A program made the position numbers and the translations under genes. The notes beneath the pieces were generated by a model that did no database searches, was not told the DNA's origin, and saw nothing but the letters and a program-made list of their open reading frames with translations. 64,000 bases of DNA from Candidatus Latescibacterota bacterium (GTDB lineage Bacteria > Latescibacterota > UBA2968 > GCA-2709665). The DNA lies in contig OZ241917.1 of NCBI GenBank assembly GCA_965203805.1, positions 832,001 through 896,000 of the forward strand, given 5' to 3'. Positions 1-10,047 of the stretch are shown in pieces. Position 1 is the first letter of the stretch, and the number at the start of each line of letters is the position of its first letter.

Positions 1-888
1 TACGATGGCGGCGATTTCCGCGGCGATTTCCTCGCGCGAATCCGGATACTCTGCTTCCAGGGCCTCCTGCGTATCCGCTTCGATCTCCGCGATGACGTTC
101 GACCTGTCTTCTTTCTCGGACAGCCGGTTCGCCTCTCTGATGCGCTCCGCCGCATGCGACCTCACCGCGTCTTCAAGCGCTTCATCAGGTTCGGGCGCCA
201 CGACCTCCCGCTTCGGTCTTCCGCATCTGGCGACCAGGTCTTCCTGCAGTTCGACCAGCCTCGCAATGGCTTCCTGTCCTGCCCGCAACGCGCCCAGCAC
301 GTCGGCGTCCGGCGCCTCGTGGCATTCGCCTTCAACGGAAATGATCGATTCCTTATTTCCCGATACGATGATGTTGATGTCGCTCTCGTCCAGTTGTTCG
401 TAGGTCGGATTGATCACGTACTCGCCGTTTATTCGTCCCACCTTCACGGCGCCGATCGGTCCTTCGAACGGAATGTCGGAGATACAGACCGCCGCGGACG
501 CGCCGGTCATCGCCAGCACGGCAGGGTCGTTTTCTTCATCGAACGACAGTACGGTGACCAGCACCTGCGTTTCCACGTCCCGCTTCAGAAACAGGGGCCG
601 AATCTGGTGGTCGATCAGCCTGGCGCTCAACTTTTCCGTTGTGGAAGGCGCGCCTTCCCGCTTGAAGAAATTTCCGGGTATCCTGCCGCTTGCGTAAAAT
701 TTCTCCCTATAGTCCACCGTTAACGGGAAGAAGTCCATATCGGACTCTCGGGTATCCGCCACTGTCGCCACGAGCACGACGGTTTCGCCATATTGCATCC
801 ACACGGCGCCATGGGCCTGTTTGGCCACGCGACCGGTTTCGATGGATAATGTCCTTCCTTCCAGTTCCAGTTCTATTTTTTCTGCCAT
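1..888 (-). CDS. pnp: Polyribonucleotide nucleotidyltransferase, 5' part; runs off the window start
   Basis: Not in the ORF track. Read manually from ATG at 888: MAEKIELELEGRTLSIETGRVAKQAHGAV...DFFPLTVDYREKFYASGRIPGNFFKREG; follows rpsO. Confidence 0.95.
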   Translation of the reverse strand, partial: MAEKIELELEGRTLSIETGRVAKQAHGAVWMQYGETVVLVATVADTRESDMDFFPLTVDYREKFYASGRIPGNFFKREGAPSTTEKLSARLIDHQIRPLFLKRDVETQVLVTVLSFDEENDPAVLAMTGASAAVCISDIPFEGPIGAVKVGRINGEYVINPTYEQLDESDINIIVSGNKESIISVEGECHEAPDADVLGALRAGQEAIARLVELQEDLVARCGRPKREVVAPEPDEALEDAVRSHAAERIREANRLSEKEDRSNVIAEIEADTQEALEAEYPDSREEIAAEIAAIV

Positions 889-965
889 CCACTCCTTCTC
901 CTCAACAAGATTGAAAGTTCCTCAGCCTGCTGCAGTGGCCGGTTCTCGTTTCTCGCCGCAGGCAT

Positions 966-1235
966 TCAGCCACGTATTTCGAGTTTGCCGATAAGAGCGC
1001 GATATCCGGCCAGATCCCGGCGCTGCATATACCTCAGAAAACGCCGGCGCTGGCCAACCAGTTTGAGCAGCCCGCGGCGGGAATGGTGATCTTTTCTGTG
1101 CCGGCGGGCGTGATCGGTCAACATTCTGATCCGTTCCGTCAAGAGCGCGATCTGCACTTCGACGGACCCGGTATCCCTGGCGGATTGACCGAAGGACTCC
1201 ACCAATTCGCCCTTCTTTTCCTTTTCTAAACCCAA
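966..1235 (-). CDS. rpsO: 30S ribosomal protein S15
   Basis: [16 protein letters not shown]...[18 protein letters not shown], 89 aa. Confidence 0.97.
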   Translation of the reverse strand: MGLEKEKKGELVESFGQSARDTGSVEVQIALLTERIRMLTDHARRHRKDHHSRRGLLKLVGQRRRFLRYMQRRDLAGYRALIGKLEIRG

Positions 1236-2182
1236 TGCTCTTCCTCCGTGTGATGATCCAGCTCCTTTACCAGTATGTCACGGGCGCGCTGCCCGTCCGC
1301 GTGAATTTGTGAAATCAGCGCTTCCGGATTCCCAAACCGGCGTTCGCCGCGCAGCCGACCCACCAGGTCAAGGGTTATCCGGCGTCCGTAAAGATCCCCG
1401 TCGAAATCCAGGAGGTGGGCCTCCAGCTGTCTGCTCTTCCCATTGAATGTAGGACGTACGCCGAGGTTTACAACGGACGCGTACCGATCGGGGACCCACG
1501 CCATTGCCGCGTAGACGCCATCCGGCGGCAGGAGCTTCCCGGGTTCGTCAAGCGCAATATTCGCGGTCGGATAACCCAGTTGACGCCCGCGGCCGTCACC
1601 GGGCACCACGTTGCCTGAAACGGGATATCCGCCTCCCAGCATCTCACGGGCCTTGTCGATTTCCCCTCTTCCGACCAGATCACGAATCCGGCTGCTGCTG
1701 ACCGGGCGGTCACCAACGATCACCGGCGGCACGACGGAAACCTCGAAACCGAACCGGCCGCCAAGCGCACGCATGGTCTCGGGATCGCCGCTACGGCCCT
1801 TGCCGAAACCATGATCGTAGCCCAGCACGACGACCCTCGCTGCCAGATAATTCGCCAGATAGGTCGATACGAATGCATCCGGACTCAGGTTCTGTACCTG
1901 CGGCGTAAAGGGAATGACCGCCAGCACGTCGATTCCGGCATCCCCCAACCGTCGGCGTTTTTCATCCAGGGACGTCAGAACGCCCGGCGGATCCGCGGGA
2001 TGGATGACGGCCCGCGGATGTGGATCGAAGGTGACGGCAACAGCGGCGCCCGACCTCTCCCGCGCCGTGGCGACAACGGCTTCGATCACGACCCGATGAC
2101 CGCGGTGAACACCGTCGAATGTGCCAACCGTAACCACCGCGTTGTCGATTGCCAACGTCTGATCTAACGTCCGCGTCTGCAT
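1226..2182 (-). CDS. ribF: Bifunctional riboflavin kinase/FAD synthetase
   Basis: [29 protein letters not shown] motifs; start trimmed to ATG 2182 just after truB. Confidence 0.95.
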   Translation of the reverse strand: MQTRTLDQTLAIDNAVVTVGTFDGVHRGHRVVIEAVVATARERSGAAVAVTFDPHPRAVIHPADPPGVLTSLDEKRRRLGDAGIDVLAVIPFTPQVQNLSPDAFVSTYLANYLAARVVVLGYDHGFGKGRSGDPETMRALGGRFGFEVSVVPPVIVGDRPVSSSRIRDLVGRGEIDKAREMLGGGYPVSGNVVPGDGRGRQLGYPTANIALDEPGKLLPPDGVYAAMAWVPDRYASVVNLGVRPTFNGKSRQLEAHLLDFDGDLYGRRITLDLVGRLRGERRFGNPEALISQIHADGQRARDILVKELDHHTEEEHWV

Positions 2183-2187
2183 CCGGT

Positions 2188-3135
2188 TCAACCTTTTGGC
2201 CGGCAAAGCACCCGCACGGGTTTCAGTATCCCGTCGTCGGCCTTCCAACGCCCGATGCCGAGCAACACCCCCTCGGGATGCAGCGCCCGTGCGAGCTGAC
2301 CGGACTCGAGGGCGGTTCCGTCCTTTACATTGGCGACTGCGTTGCCGTGAATGAAACAACCGGCCTGAGCCGCGTTCAGATCGAGACGCGGCAGGTCGCG
2401 CAATAACCGGTTTGGATCCAACAGATACGGCCGAAGTTCCTCCCTCGACGCGACCGAATCGAGGCGTGGAAGGGTGACGCACTCGTCGAGACGAACAGGA
2501 CCGGCGGACGTGCGTCTCAACCCGGCCAGATACGCCCCGCAGCCCAGTTCACTGCCGATGTCGTCGGCCAGTGTGCGGATGTAGGTGCCTTTTGAACAGG
2601 AGACCGTCAGGTGTAACTCGGGAGGACTGAAATCTTCAATATCGATTCTGAAAATGCGAACGCGGGACGGTCGTCGGGCGACGTCCGCACCCGCCCGCGC
2701 CAATTGGTACAACCGCCTTCCGTCCACCTTACGGGCCGAGAACATCGGCGGAATCTGCTCAATGTCTCCAACGAAAGAACCCACCGCGCTCCGAACGACC
2801 GATACGTCGGTGGGAACCCGGTCGCACCGCGCCACGACTTCGCCTTCCGCGTCTAGGGTACTTGTGCGGATTCCGAGCCGGATATGAGCGGAATAGGTCT
2901 TGTCGTGACTCGCGAGATAGGAACTGAGCCGGGTGGCGCGGCCGAGGCACAACACCAGAACTCCGGTTGCCAGCGGGTCCAGAGTGCCCGTGTGCCCCAC
3001 TTTCCGGATGTTCAGACGTCGTCGAACGCGAGCGACCACGTCGTGAGACGTCAGATCCGGAGGCTTGTCAATGGGCAACACGCCTGTGACGTCGATTCCG
3101 GCCTCCACTTCCGGTGCGACCATCGTGCACTGCAA
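2188..3135 (-). CDS. truB: tRNA pseudouridine(55) synthase
   Basis: DKPPDLTSHDVV, GHTGTLDPLATGVL, CSKGTYIRTL; exact start uncertain. Confidence 0.95.
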   Translation of the reverse strand: MQCTMVAPEVEAGIDVTGVLPIDKPPDLTSHDVVARVRRRLNIRKVGHTGTLDPLATGVLVLCLGRATRLSSYLASHDKTYSAHIRLGIRTSTLDAEGEVVARCDRVPTDVSVVRSAVGSFVGDIEQIPPMFSARKVDGRRLYQLARAGADVARRPSRVRIFRIDIEDFSPPELHLTVSCSKGTYIRTLADDIGSELGCGAYLAGLRRTSAGPVRLDECVTLPRLDSVASREELRPYLLDPNRLLRDLPRLDLNAAQAGCFIHGNAVANVKDGTALESGQLARALHPEGVLLGIGRWKADDGILKPVRVLCRPKG

Positions 3136-3163
3136 ACAGGTTACCTGAATCCGGGACAGAGCA

Positions 3164-3502
3164 TTACGTCTTCAAATCATCCAGCAGCCTGTCGATTCTG
3201 CTTGCGCGCTCCAGCGTGTGATCCAGCTCGAATTCCAGCTCCGGCACGTGTCTGAGCCGTATCCTCCCGCCCAGTTCTCTGCGCAGAAACGACATTGCGC
3301 GCTGGAGGATTTTCAGGGTCGTGTCGCGCGTCTCGCCCTCCCCCATCACACTGATATAAACCCGCGCGAACTTCAGGTCCCGTGTCACCCTGACGCCGGT
3401 GACGGTAACGTAGCCCAGGCGAGGATCCTTGATATGCCGGTGGATCAGGTCACTCAGTTCTTCCTGTATCTGCCGACCTACGCTCTCGGCGCGCCACATC
3501 AC
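3164..3502 (-). CDS. rbfA: Ribosome-binding factor A
   Basis: KDPRLGYVTVT...DLKFARVY...LRHVPELEF; operon position. Confidence 0.95.
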   Translation of the reverse strand: MMWRAESVGRQIQEELSDLIHRHIKDPRLGYVTVTGVRVTRDLKFARVYISVMGEGETRDTTLKILQRAMSFLRRELGGRIRLRHVPELEFELDHTLERASRIDRLLDDLKT

Positions 3503-3780
3503 ATCAATTCCAGTGAATAGTCGATGAGCTCCACCCGATGGTCACGCTGTACCTGGTCCACGACCTTCGAAAGCACGCGATTGACGTAACGGGACTCGTT
3601 CGCTACCATAACGACGCCAACCTCCGCCTTCTGCCAGAATTCGTTATGGCCGACCTCCGAAACGGATACGTTGTATTTCGCCCGAATCCGTTGCCGAAGG
3701 CTCTCCAGAACCCGGCGCTTTCCCTTCAACGAACCACTCTCAGGCAGATATAGATCCAGACGACAAAGCCCGACGGTCAT
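3499..3780 (-). CDS. DUF503 (YlxP-like) protein
   Basis: SLKGKRRVL...KYNVSVSEV; lies between infB and rbfA; start trimmed to ATG 3780. Confidence 0.88.
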   Translation of the reverse strand: MTVGLCRLDLYLPESGSLKGKRRVLESLRQRIRAKYNVSVSEVGHNEFWQKAEVGVVMVANESRYVNRVLSKVVDQVQRDHRVELIDYSLELM

Positions 3781-3788
3781 AGCTTCAG

Positions 3789-6257
3789 TTAAAGCGTGCG
3801 TGCGGTTTCTACGTGTTCGTAGGCCTCGATCACGTCGCCGAGTTTGGTGTCGTTGAAATTCTCCAGGCCGATACCGCATTCAAACCCGGACTGGACCTCC
3901 CTGACGTCATCCTTGAATCTGCGCAGGGACCCGATCCGGCCCTCGTAGACCACGACATTGTCCCGCAGCACCCGCACCATGGCGCTTCGGGTCATTGTGC
4001 CGTTGGAGATATAACACCCGGCGATGATTCCGACCCGGGGCACCTGGAATGTCTCACGTACCTCCGCCGACCCCACAATCTGTTCATCGATGTCCGGGGT
4101 GAGCAGCCCGGAAAGCGCCGCCTTGATGTCTTCAACGGCTTCGTAAATGACACGGTAGGAGCGAACATCGACCCGTTCCTGCGCAACCACCTCGCGTGCG
4201 CGGATATCCGGGCGCACATTAAAGCCAATGATGATCGCATCCGAAGCGGAGGCGAGCAGGACGTCGGATTCGGAAACCGCACCCACCCCGCGATGGATCA
4301 CGTTGATCCGCACCTCGTCGCTGGGTATCTGCATCAGGGAATCGTGAAGCGCTTCCACCGAACCGTCGACGTCGCCCTTGAGAATGAGGCGCAATTCCTG
4401 GACCTGTCCGGCCTTGATCTGATCGTGAATGTCGACCAGGCTTACCCTGCGTATCCGGTGGGCCTCCCGTTCGCGGCGCAACTGCTGTCTTTTCTGGCTG
4501 ATTTCCCTGGCGGTCCGTTCGTTTTCCACCGAGTAGAAGGAATCTCCAGCCTGGGGAAGTCCGGACAGGCCGAGCACCTGAACCGGCACCGACGGGCCCG
4601 CTTCGGAAACCCGGTGTCCGCGTTCGTCGAGAAGCGCCCTCGCCCTGCCGCTGTAGAGCCCGGTGACGAAGGTATCGCCCACGTTGAGCGTCCCCTCCTG
4701 CACCAGCACGGTTGCCACATTGCCGCGGCCACGGTCCAGGCGCGCCTCCACAATGGCGCCCTTGGCGCGTTTGTCGGGGTTGGCCTTGAGTTCCAGCAGA
4801 TCCGTTTCCAGAGCCAGCAACTCGAGCAGATCCTTTACGTTCTCGCCGGTCTTTGCGGATATTTCACAGGACTGAACCTTGCCCCCGTATGCTTCGAGGA
4901 TGACGTTCTGTTCCGTCAGTTGCCGCTTGATTCGATCCACGTCCGCGCCAGGAAGGTCTATTTTGTTGATGGCAAGCACAATGGGTACGTCCGCTGCGCG
5001 CGCGTGGTCGATGGCTTCCACGGTCTGCGGCATGACGTTGTCGTCGGCCGCCACGATCAGAACAACCACGTCCGTCACCTGGGCTCCCCTGGCGCGCATC
5101 GCGGTAAAGGCCTCGTGACCGGGTGTATCCAGAAACGTCACCATCCGGTCGTTGTCCAGCTTGACGTGATAGGCGCCGATGTGCTGGGTGATTCCTCCTG
5201 CCTCGCCCGCGACCACGTTGGTATCGCGGACATAGTCCAGCAGGGATGTCTTTCCGTGGTCTACATGACCCATTATGGTCACCACCGGCGGTCGCGGCTT
5301 GAGATCGTCCACCTCGTCGTCTTCGTCCTGCTCGAGCACGTCTTCCGCGAATTCCTGGAGCTCTTCGACCCCGATACCGAACTCGTCGGCAACCAGAATA
5401 ATGGTGTCCATATCCAGCCGCTGGTTGATGGTGACCATGAGCCCCAGCGTGAGACACTGTTTGATCACATCGGTCAGCGGAATGTCCATCAACGTGGACA
5501 GTTCGCCGACGGTGGTAAACTCGTTGACCTTGATGACGCGGTCGACCTCCACCTCTTCGTCGATCTCGCCGTCGTCTCTGCGGCGACGCCGACGCGACCG
5601 GGCCGTGCCGGTCTCCATCTGAGCCATCGTGCGACGCACGCTGGCCTCGATCTCCGTCTGGTCGGGAGCGGGTCTGCCGCGGCGGCGGCGGCGGCGCCTG
5701 CCGTCACTACGTTCGGGGGCGGGCTTCCCTCCCTTCTGCGATGTCTCGGGCTGCCTGTCCGGCCCTGCCGTGCTTGCAGTGTCCGCCGACGGCTCTCTTC
5801 GCGCCGTATCGCGTCTCCGCCTGCGGCTTGCCTCGTCATCGCGGATTTCACGAATCTCGACAGCCTCGCGGACGGGCGTGGCAGGTCTGGGCTTGTCCGC
5901 GGCTTTGGATGCAGGCTTTTTCGCGCTTCGCGCTCTGGCTGGCGCCGGTGTCTTCCGTTCGTCTTTTTCGGGTTCCCGACGCTGTCTCTTCTGCGCGGAT
6001 TTGCGTTTGATTTCCTGGCGGGAGGCGTTTCGCTCCTCTTCGAACTTGCCCCGGATACGATCGAACATTTCCTTCGTACACACAGCCATGTGGTTCTTGA
6101 CATCGAACCCCAGGCCTCTGACCACGTCCACCATCGCGACGCTGGAGAGGTTGAACTCCCGCGCGACCTCGTAGATTCGGCGTTTCTTGTCATCGGCGGC
6201 TTCGGGTGACCCCTTAACCGTCTTTGGAGGCACTTTTCTGATCATCGGACCGGTCAC
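3789..6257 (-). CDS. infB: Translation initiation factor IF-2
   Basis: GHVDHGKT, GGITQHIGAY, DTPGHEAF, NKID, GFECGI. Confidence 0.98.
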   Translation of the reverse strand: MTGPMIRKVPPKTVKGSPEAADDKKRRIYEVAREFNLSSVAMVDVVRGLGFDVKNHMAVCTKEMFDRIRGKFEEERNASRQEIKRKSAQKRQRREPEKDERKTPAPARARSAKKPASKAADKPRPATPVREAVEIREIRDDEASRRRRRDTARREPSADTASTAGPDRQPETSQKGGKPAPERSDGRRRRRRRGRPAPDQTEIEASVRRTMAQMETGTARSRRRRRRDDGEIDEEVEVDRVIKVNEFTTVGELSTLMDIPLTDVIKQCLTLGLMVTINQRLDMDTIILVADEFGIGVEELQEFAEDVLEQDEDDEVDDLKPRPPVVTIMGHVDHGKTSLLDYVRDTNVVAGEAGGITQHIGAYHVKLDNDRMVTFLDTPGHEAFTAMRARGAQVTDVVVLIVAADDNVMPQTVEAIDHARAADVPIVLAINKIDLPGADVDRIKRQLTEQNVILEAYGGKVQSCEISAKTGENVKDLLELLALETDLLELKANPDKRAKGAIVEARLDRGRGNVATVLVQEGTLNVGDTFVTGLYSGRARALLDERGHRVSEAGPSVPVQVLGLSGLPQAGDSFYSVENERTAREISQKRQQLRREREAHRIRRVSLVDIHDQIKAGQVQELRLILKGDVDGSVEALHDSLMQIPSDEVRINVIHRGVGAVSESDVLLASASDAIIIGFNVRPDIRAREVVAQERVDVRSYRVIYEAVEDIKAALSGLLTPDIDEQIVGSAEVRETFQVPRVGIIAGCYISNGTMTRSAMVRVLRDNVVVYEGRIGSLRRFKDDVREVQSGFECGIGLENFNDTKLGDVIEAYEHVETARTL

Positions 6258-7741
6258 CTCCCCTCAATCCCGGATGCGTCGCCGACCTGATCCTCTTCCG
6301 GTGCCGCCGCGTCCTCGTCCGAATGTTCGACGACCTCGTCCACGACCGGCTCGTCGCCTGCTTCTTCCTCTGCTGCAGCGGCCGCCGCGGCTTCTTCGGC
6401 TGCGAGTCGCGCCGCTTCGGCTTCTTCTTCGGCGAGCCGCGCCGCTTCCTCGGCCCGCTGCCGTTCCAGTTCCTCGCGGTAAGCCTGGACCTTGACCGAG
6501 ACGACTTCGTCTGCCGCGCTCTGGATTTTTGCGCCGGTGGACTCCCCGATACCGGGCACGTCGAGCAACCGGACGAGCGAGACTTCCACAAGGTCGTTGG
6601 CAGACTGTATTCCCGCAGCTTCGAGACGTTCGAGCATCACTTTGCCCACGCCGGCGACTTCCGTTAACGGAACAAATGTCGCCGCGCGTTCGTCCTGCAG
6701 TTCCTGGAACCGGGTCTCGGTGATAATGTCTACCTTCCATCCAGTCAGTTGCGCGGCCAGTCGGGCATTCTGCCCCGATTTGCCAATGGCAAGCGACAAC
6801 TGGTCGTCGTCGACGATTGCCGTCATCGTTGTCTTGTTTCGATCGACCACCACACGTTTGACCGTGGCGGGGCTGAGCCCACGGGAAAGAAAGATGGCTT
6901 CGTCTTCGCTCCAGGGCACGATGTCGATCCGCTCGTTGCTCAATTCCCGAACGACCGCCTGGACCCTGGAACCTTTCATCCCCACGCAGGCGCCGACCGG
7001 ATCGATGCGGGCGTCGTTAGAATACACTGCGATTTTTGCTCGCTCTCCAGGTTCGCGGGCGACGGCCCTGATTTCAATGATACCCTCGTAGATTTCAGGG
7101 ACCTCGAACTGAAACAGCTTCACCAGAAACTGCGGATGCGTTCGGGAGAGGACGACCTGCGGCCCCTTCGACGTGCGGAGAACGTTGACCAGATAGGCGC
7201 GGATAGGGTCTCCCTGGCGGTACCGCTCCTTGCGAATCTGCTCCTTGAGCGGAATGACCGCCTCCGTGCGCCCCAGGTTTATCAGAATATCGCCGTGGCT
7301 GATCTGCTGGACGGTGCCGCTGATGATTTCGCCGATACGATTCTGATAGTCCTCGTAGATCTTCTCGCGCTCGGCTTCCCGCACCCGCTGGATAAGGATC
7401 TGCTTGGTGGACTGAATGGCATTACGGCCGAAATCGGCAAACCTGAGCAACTCCCTGATTTCCCCGTTGACTTTGACGCCGGGTTCGATCTCGCGGGCTG
7501 CCGTAAGTCCGATCTGCAGGGCAGGATCCTCGATCTCCTCGTCCCTGACGACAGACTTTGTGGCAACGACCTCGATATTGCCGGAGTTGACATCGATATT
7601 CACCTCGACGTTGTCCGACGTGCCGAACCGCCTCTTGGTTGCGGAGAGCAGCCCGATTTCCAGGGTTTCGATCACGAGCGCCCTGTCAACGTTTTTTTCC
7701 TGGGCAATCTGGCCCAGCGCCTCAAGGACTTCGTAGTTCAA
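6254..7741 (-). CDS. nusA: Transcription termination/antitermination factor NusA, with C-terminal HhH-like repeats and acidic tail
   Basis: FEVPEIYEG, AREPGERAKIAV, DPVGACVGMKGSRV, SLAIGKSGQNARLA. Confidence 0.98.
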   Translation of the reverse strand: MNYEVLEALGQIAQEKNVDRALVIETLEIGLLSATKRRFGTSDNVEVNIDVNSGNIEVVATKSVVRDEEIEDPALQIGLTAAREIEPGVKVNGEIRELLRFADFGRNAIQSTKQILIQRVREAEREKIYEDYQNRIGEIISGTVQQISHGDILINLGRTEAVIPLKEQIRKERYRQGDPIRAYLVNVLRTSKGPQVVLSRTHPQFLVKLFQFEVPEIYEGIIEIRAVAREPGERAKIAVYSNDARIDPVGACVGMKGSRVQAVVRELSNERIDIVPWSEDEAIFLSRGLSPATVKRVVVDRNKTTMTAIVDDDQLSLAIGKSGQNARLAAQLTGWKVDIITETRFQELQDERAATFVPLTEVAGVGKVMLERLEAAGIQSANDLVEVSLVRLLDVPGIGESTGAKIQSAADEVVSVKVQAYREELERQRAEEAARLAEEEAEAARLAAEEAAAAAAAEEEAGDEPVVDEVVEHSDEDAAAPEEDQVGDASGIEGR

Positions 7742-7753
7742 AAGGACATCTCC

Positions 7754-8218
7754 TCAAAATTCGAAATGGAGGTTGGCTTTTCTTACGTCGGCGGCCGGGA
7801 CGACCTGAATCCGGCCGTCGATATTGAATACCAGTTCGGCCCCGTCGTATCGCGTGAGGTGACCAATCAGCACGCGTCCGCCATCCAGTATGACCTTAAC
7901 GGCCCGGCCGACGGCTCGCCTGTAGTCCCGATCGGACTTGAGCGGCCGGTCGAGTCCGGGCGAAGAAACCTCAAGGACATAGCGCCCGCTGATCGGATCG
8001 TGAGTATCCAGAACATCAGCGATCCCGCGGCTGAGGCGCGCGCATTCATCAACGGTAATGCCGTCTGCTCGATCCACGTCGATGCGCAGCGTCCTGTTCC
8101 GGGGACTGCCCGAGAGCTGCAGATCGACCAGGTCCGCACCCTGGTACTTCAGATAGGTCGCGATGAGCTCTTCGATTGCTTCCTGAATCGCCGGATCGTT
8201 CATAAACCGGAAATGCAA
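7754..8218 (-). CDS. rimP: Ribosome maturation factor RimP
   Basis: YVLEVSSPGLDRPL motif; first gene of the nusA operon. Confidence 0.95.
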   Translation of the reverse strand: MHFRFMNDPAIQEAIEELIATYLKYQGADLVDLQLSGSPRNRTLRIDVDRADGITVDECARLSRGIADVLDTHDPISGRYVLEVSSPGLDRPLKSDRDYRRAVGRAVKVILDGGRVLIGHLTRYDGAELVFNIDGRIQVVPAADVRKANLHFEF

Positions 8219-8236
8219 CTTTAGGTCCAGATATTC

Positions 8237-8262
8237 AAAAGAGCGGGCACCCGCCCACTCTC
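8237..8262 (-). promoter_or_regulatory. rimP leader hairpin (putative attenuator)
   Basis: Minus strand GAGAGTGGGCGGGTGCCCGCTCTTTT: GAGTGGG..CCCGCTC stem plus U tract directly upstream of rimP. Confidence 0.6.
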
Positions 8263-8333
8263 GCTGTTCAGAAAAATAAATATATGGTATTTCACACTAT
8301 AGCGCAAGCATTAAATTCCAGACAGGGCCCCGC

Positions 8334-8696
8334 TCATCGCCCTCCCTCGACCAGGCTCTTGAGTTGCCCGAGCATTTCACGCAACTCGTTCACGATCTCT
8401 TCCAGTTCCTTCGGCGGACCCGGCGCCGCCGCGGCCTCGTCGACCGCCGAATCTCTCCACAAAGAGGGGTCTTCCCTGAGCCGCTCACGGGCGCCCTTCA
8501 GCGTGTACTTTTCATCCTGTCTCAGACGTTTGATGGCCAGTACGATTCTGAGGTCCCGCTCCCGGTACAGCCGGTTTCCGGAACGTCCCCGCCGGGGCCG
8601 GAGCATGGGAAATTCCTTCTCCCAATAGCGCAGAACCTGCGGCTCGATACCGGTTTCGTCCGCCACTTCACGGATGGAATAGTAGATCTTCTTCAT
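8334..8696 (-). CDS. MerR-family HTH transcriptional regulator
   Basis: YYSIREVA...VLRYWEKEFP.LRP.R...GNRLY...YTLKGAR. Confidence 0.9.
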   Translation of the reverse strand: MKKIYYSIREVADETGIEPQVLRYWEKEFPMLRPRRGRSGNRLYRERDLRIVLAIKRLRQDEKYTLKGARERLREDPSLWRDSAVDEAAAAPGPPKELEEIVNELREMLGQLKSLVEGGR

Positions 8697-8702
8697 TGCA
8701 TA

Positions 8703-10022
8703 TCATCGCTTTTTCTTGAATAAGATACGTACCGGTGTTCCCTTCAGATCGAAACGTTCCCGCAAGCGGCGTTCGAGAAAACGCCGATAGTGTTCCGGCA
8801 CGTCCCCCGGTCTGGTGGTAAAGAAAATCACCGTGGGCGGTTCTATTGCGGGTTGAACGCAATAGTACATCTTCGACGCCCGACCCCTGCGGGTGGGTGG
8901 CGGATGCGTGGCGTTGACTTCCTCGAGAAACCGGTTCAAGGCGGAAGTGGCAATTCGAAGACGCCGTTTGTCGTAAATCTCGAGCGCCATTTCCAGAATC
9001 TTCCAGGCGCGCTGGCCGGATAGCGCGGAAACGAAAAAGATCGGAAAGTCTCTCAGTGAGGGAAACCGGCCGATTATGTCCCGCGCATACACGATTGCCG
9101 TCTTGTCGTCTTTGTCGATCAGATCCCACTTGTTCATCGCCAGCAGCGCGCCTTTGCCCATTTCGGCCGCGTCGCCGAGTATCTTCACATCCTGAAGTGT
9201 GATCCCCTCATCCGCATCGGCGATGACCACGGCGACGTCGCACCGCTCCAGGCTCGTTCTGGTGCGAACCGTACTGTAATACTCGACCTGCTCCCTCACC
9301 TTCGTGCGCCTCCGAAGTCCCGCGGTATCGATCAGCAGAAAATCGCGGCCGTTCCGCTTCATCGGCAGATCGATCGAATCACGTGTCGTGCCGGGAATCG
9401 GACTCACCACCATCCGGTCTTCACCTGCCAGACGATTGATGAAGGTGGACTTGCCCACATTGGGTCGGCCGACCACCGCAATGCGCGGCTCGCCGGCGTC
9501 TTCTTCGTGATCAGGATCGGTTTCCGGAATGAGCGCGACCACCTCATCCAGAAGGTCGCCCGATTTGCGCCCGCTCAGCGCCGATACGGGCACGGGCTCG
9601 CCAAGGGCCAGGCCGTAGAAGCCGGTAACGTCCGGTTCATCGCGTTCCGAATCCACTTTGTTCACAACCGGCAGGCAGGGTGTTCCGTTCACGCGTACCA
9701 GACGGGCGATGGCGGCGTCATCGTCGGTGGGGCCTGTCCTGGCGTCCATGACCAGAATGATCACATCCGCTTCGGCCACGGCCACCTCTACCTGATCCCC
9801 CACGGACTGCGCGATACCCGCATCAGGATTGAGCGTATAACCGCCGGTATCCACCAGCGTGAACACCCGGCGGTTCCAGGCGACCTCCGCGTAGTTTCGG
9901 TCCCGCGTCACGCCGGGAAAATCGTCGACCACGGCCCGCCGGTGGCCCAGAAACCGATTAAAGAGTGTGGACTTTCCCACGTTGGGTCGTCCAACGATCG
10001 CAACAACACGTCGCTTCGGCAA
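8703..10022 (-). CDS. der: Ribosome biogenesis GTPase Der (EngA)
   Basis: Two GRPNVGKS G1 motifs, DTGG/DTAG, NKVD/NKWD. Confidence 0.97.
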   Translation of the reverse strand: MPKRRVVAIVGRPNVGKSTLFNRFLGHRRAVVDDFPGVTRDRNYAEVAWNRRVFTLVDTGGYTLNPDAGIAQSVGDQVEVAVAEADVIILVMDARTGPTDDDAAIARLVRVNGTPCLPVVNKVDSERDEPDVTGFYGLALGEPVPVSALSGRKSGDLLDEVVALIPETDPDHEEDAGEPRIAVVGRPNVGKSTFINRLAGEDRMVVSPIPGTTRDSIDLPMKRNGRDFLLIDTAGLRRRTKVREQVEYYSTVRTRTSLERCDVAVVIADADEGITLQDVKILGDAAEMGKGALLAMNKWDLIDKDDKTAIVYARDIIGRFPSLRDFPIFFVSALSGQRAWKILEMALEIYDKRRLRIATSALNRFLEEVNATHPPPTRRGRASKMYYCVQPAIEPPTVIFFTTRPGDVPEHYRRFLERRLRERFDLKGTPVRILFKKKR

Positions 10023-10047
10023 ATCGTCACCTCCCGTGCGTGCCGCG

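Noticed and set aside
3813-6209. 798-aa plus-strand ORF, and similar ones at 6749-8224 and 9967-11454
   Set aside because: Antisense shadows of infB, nusA/rimP and DUF512, typical of GC-rich codon bias; no recognisable motifs
6300-6480. GCTTCTTCGGC-type repeats
   Set aside because: Encode the low-complexity EEAARLAEE tail of NusA
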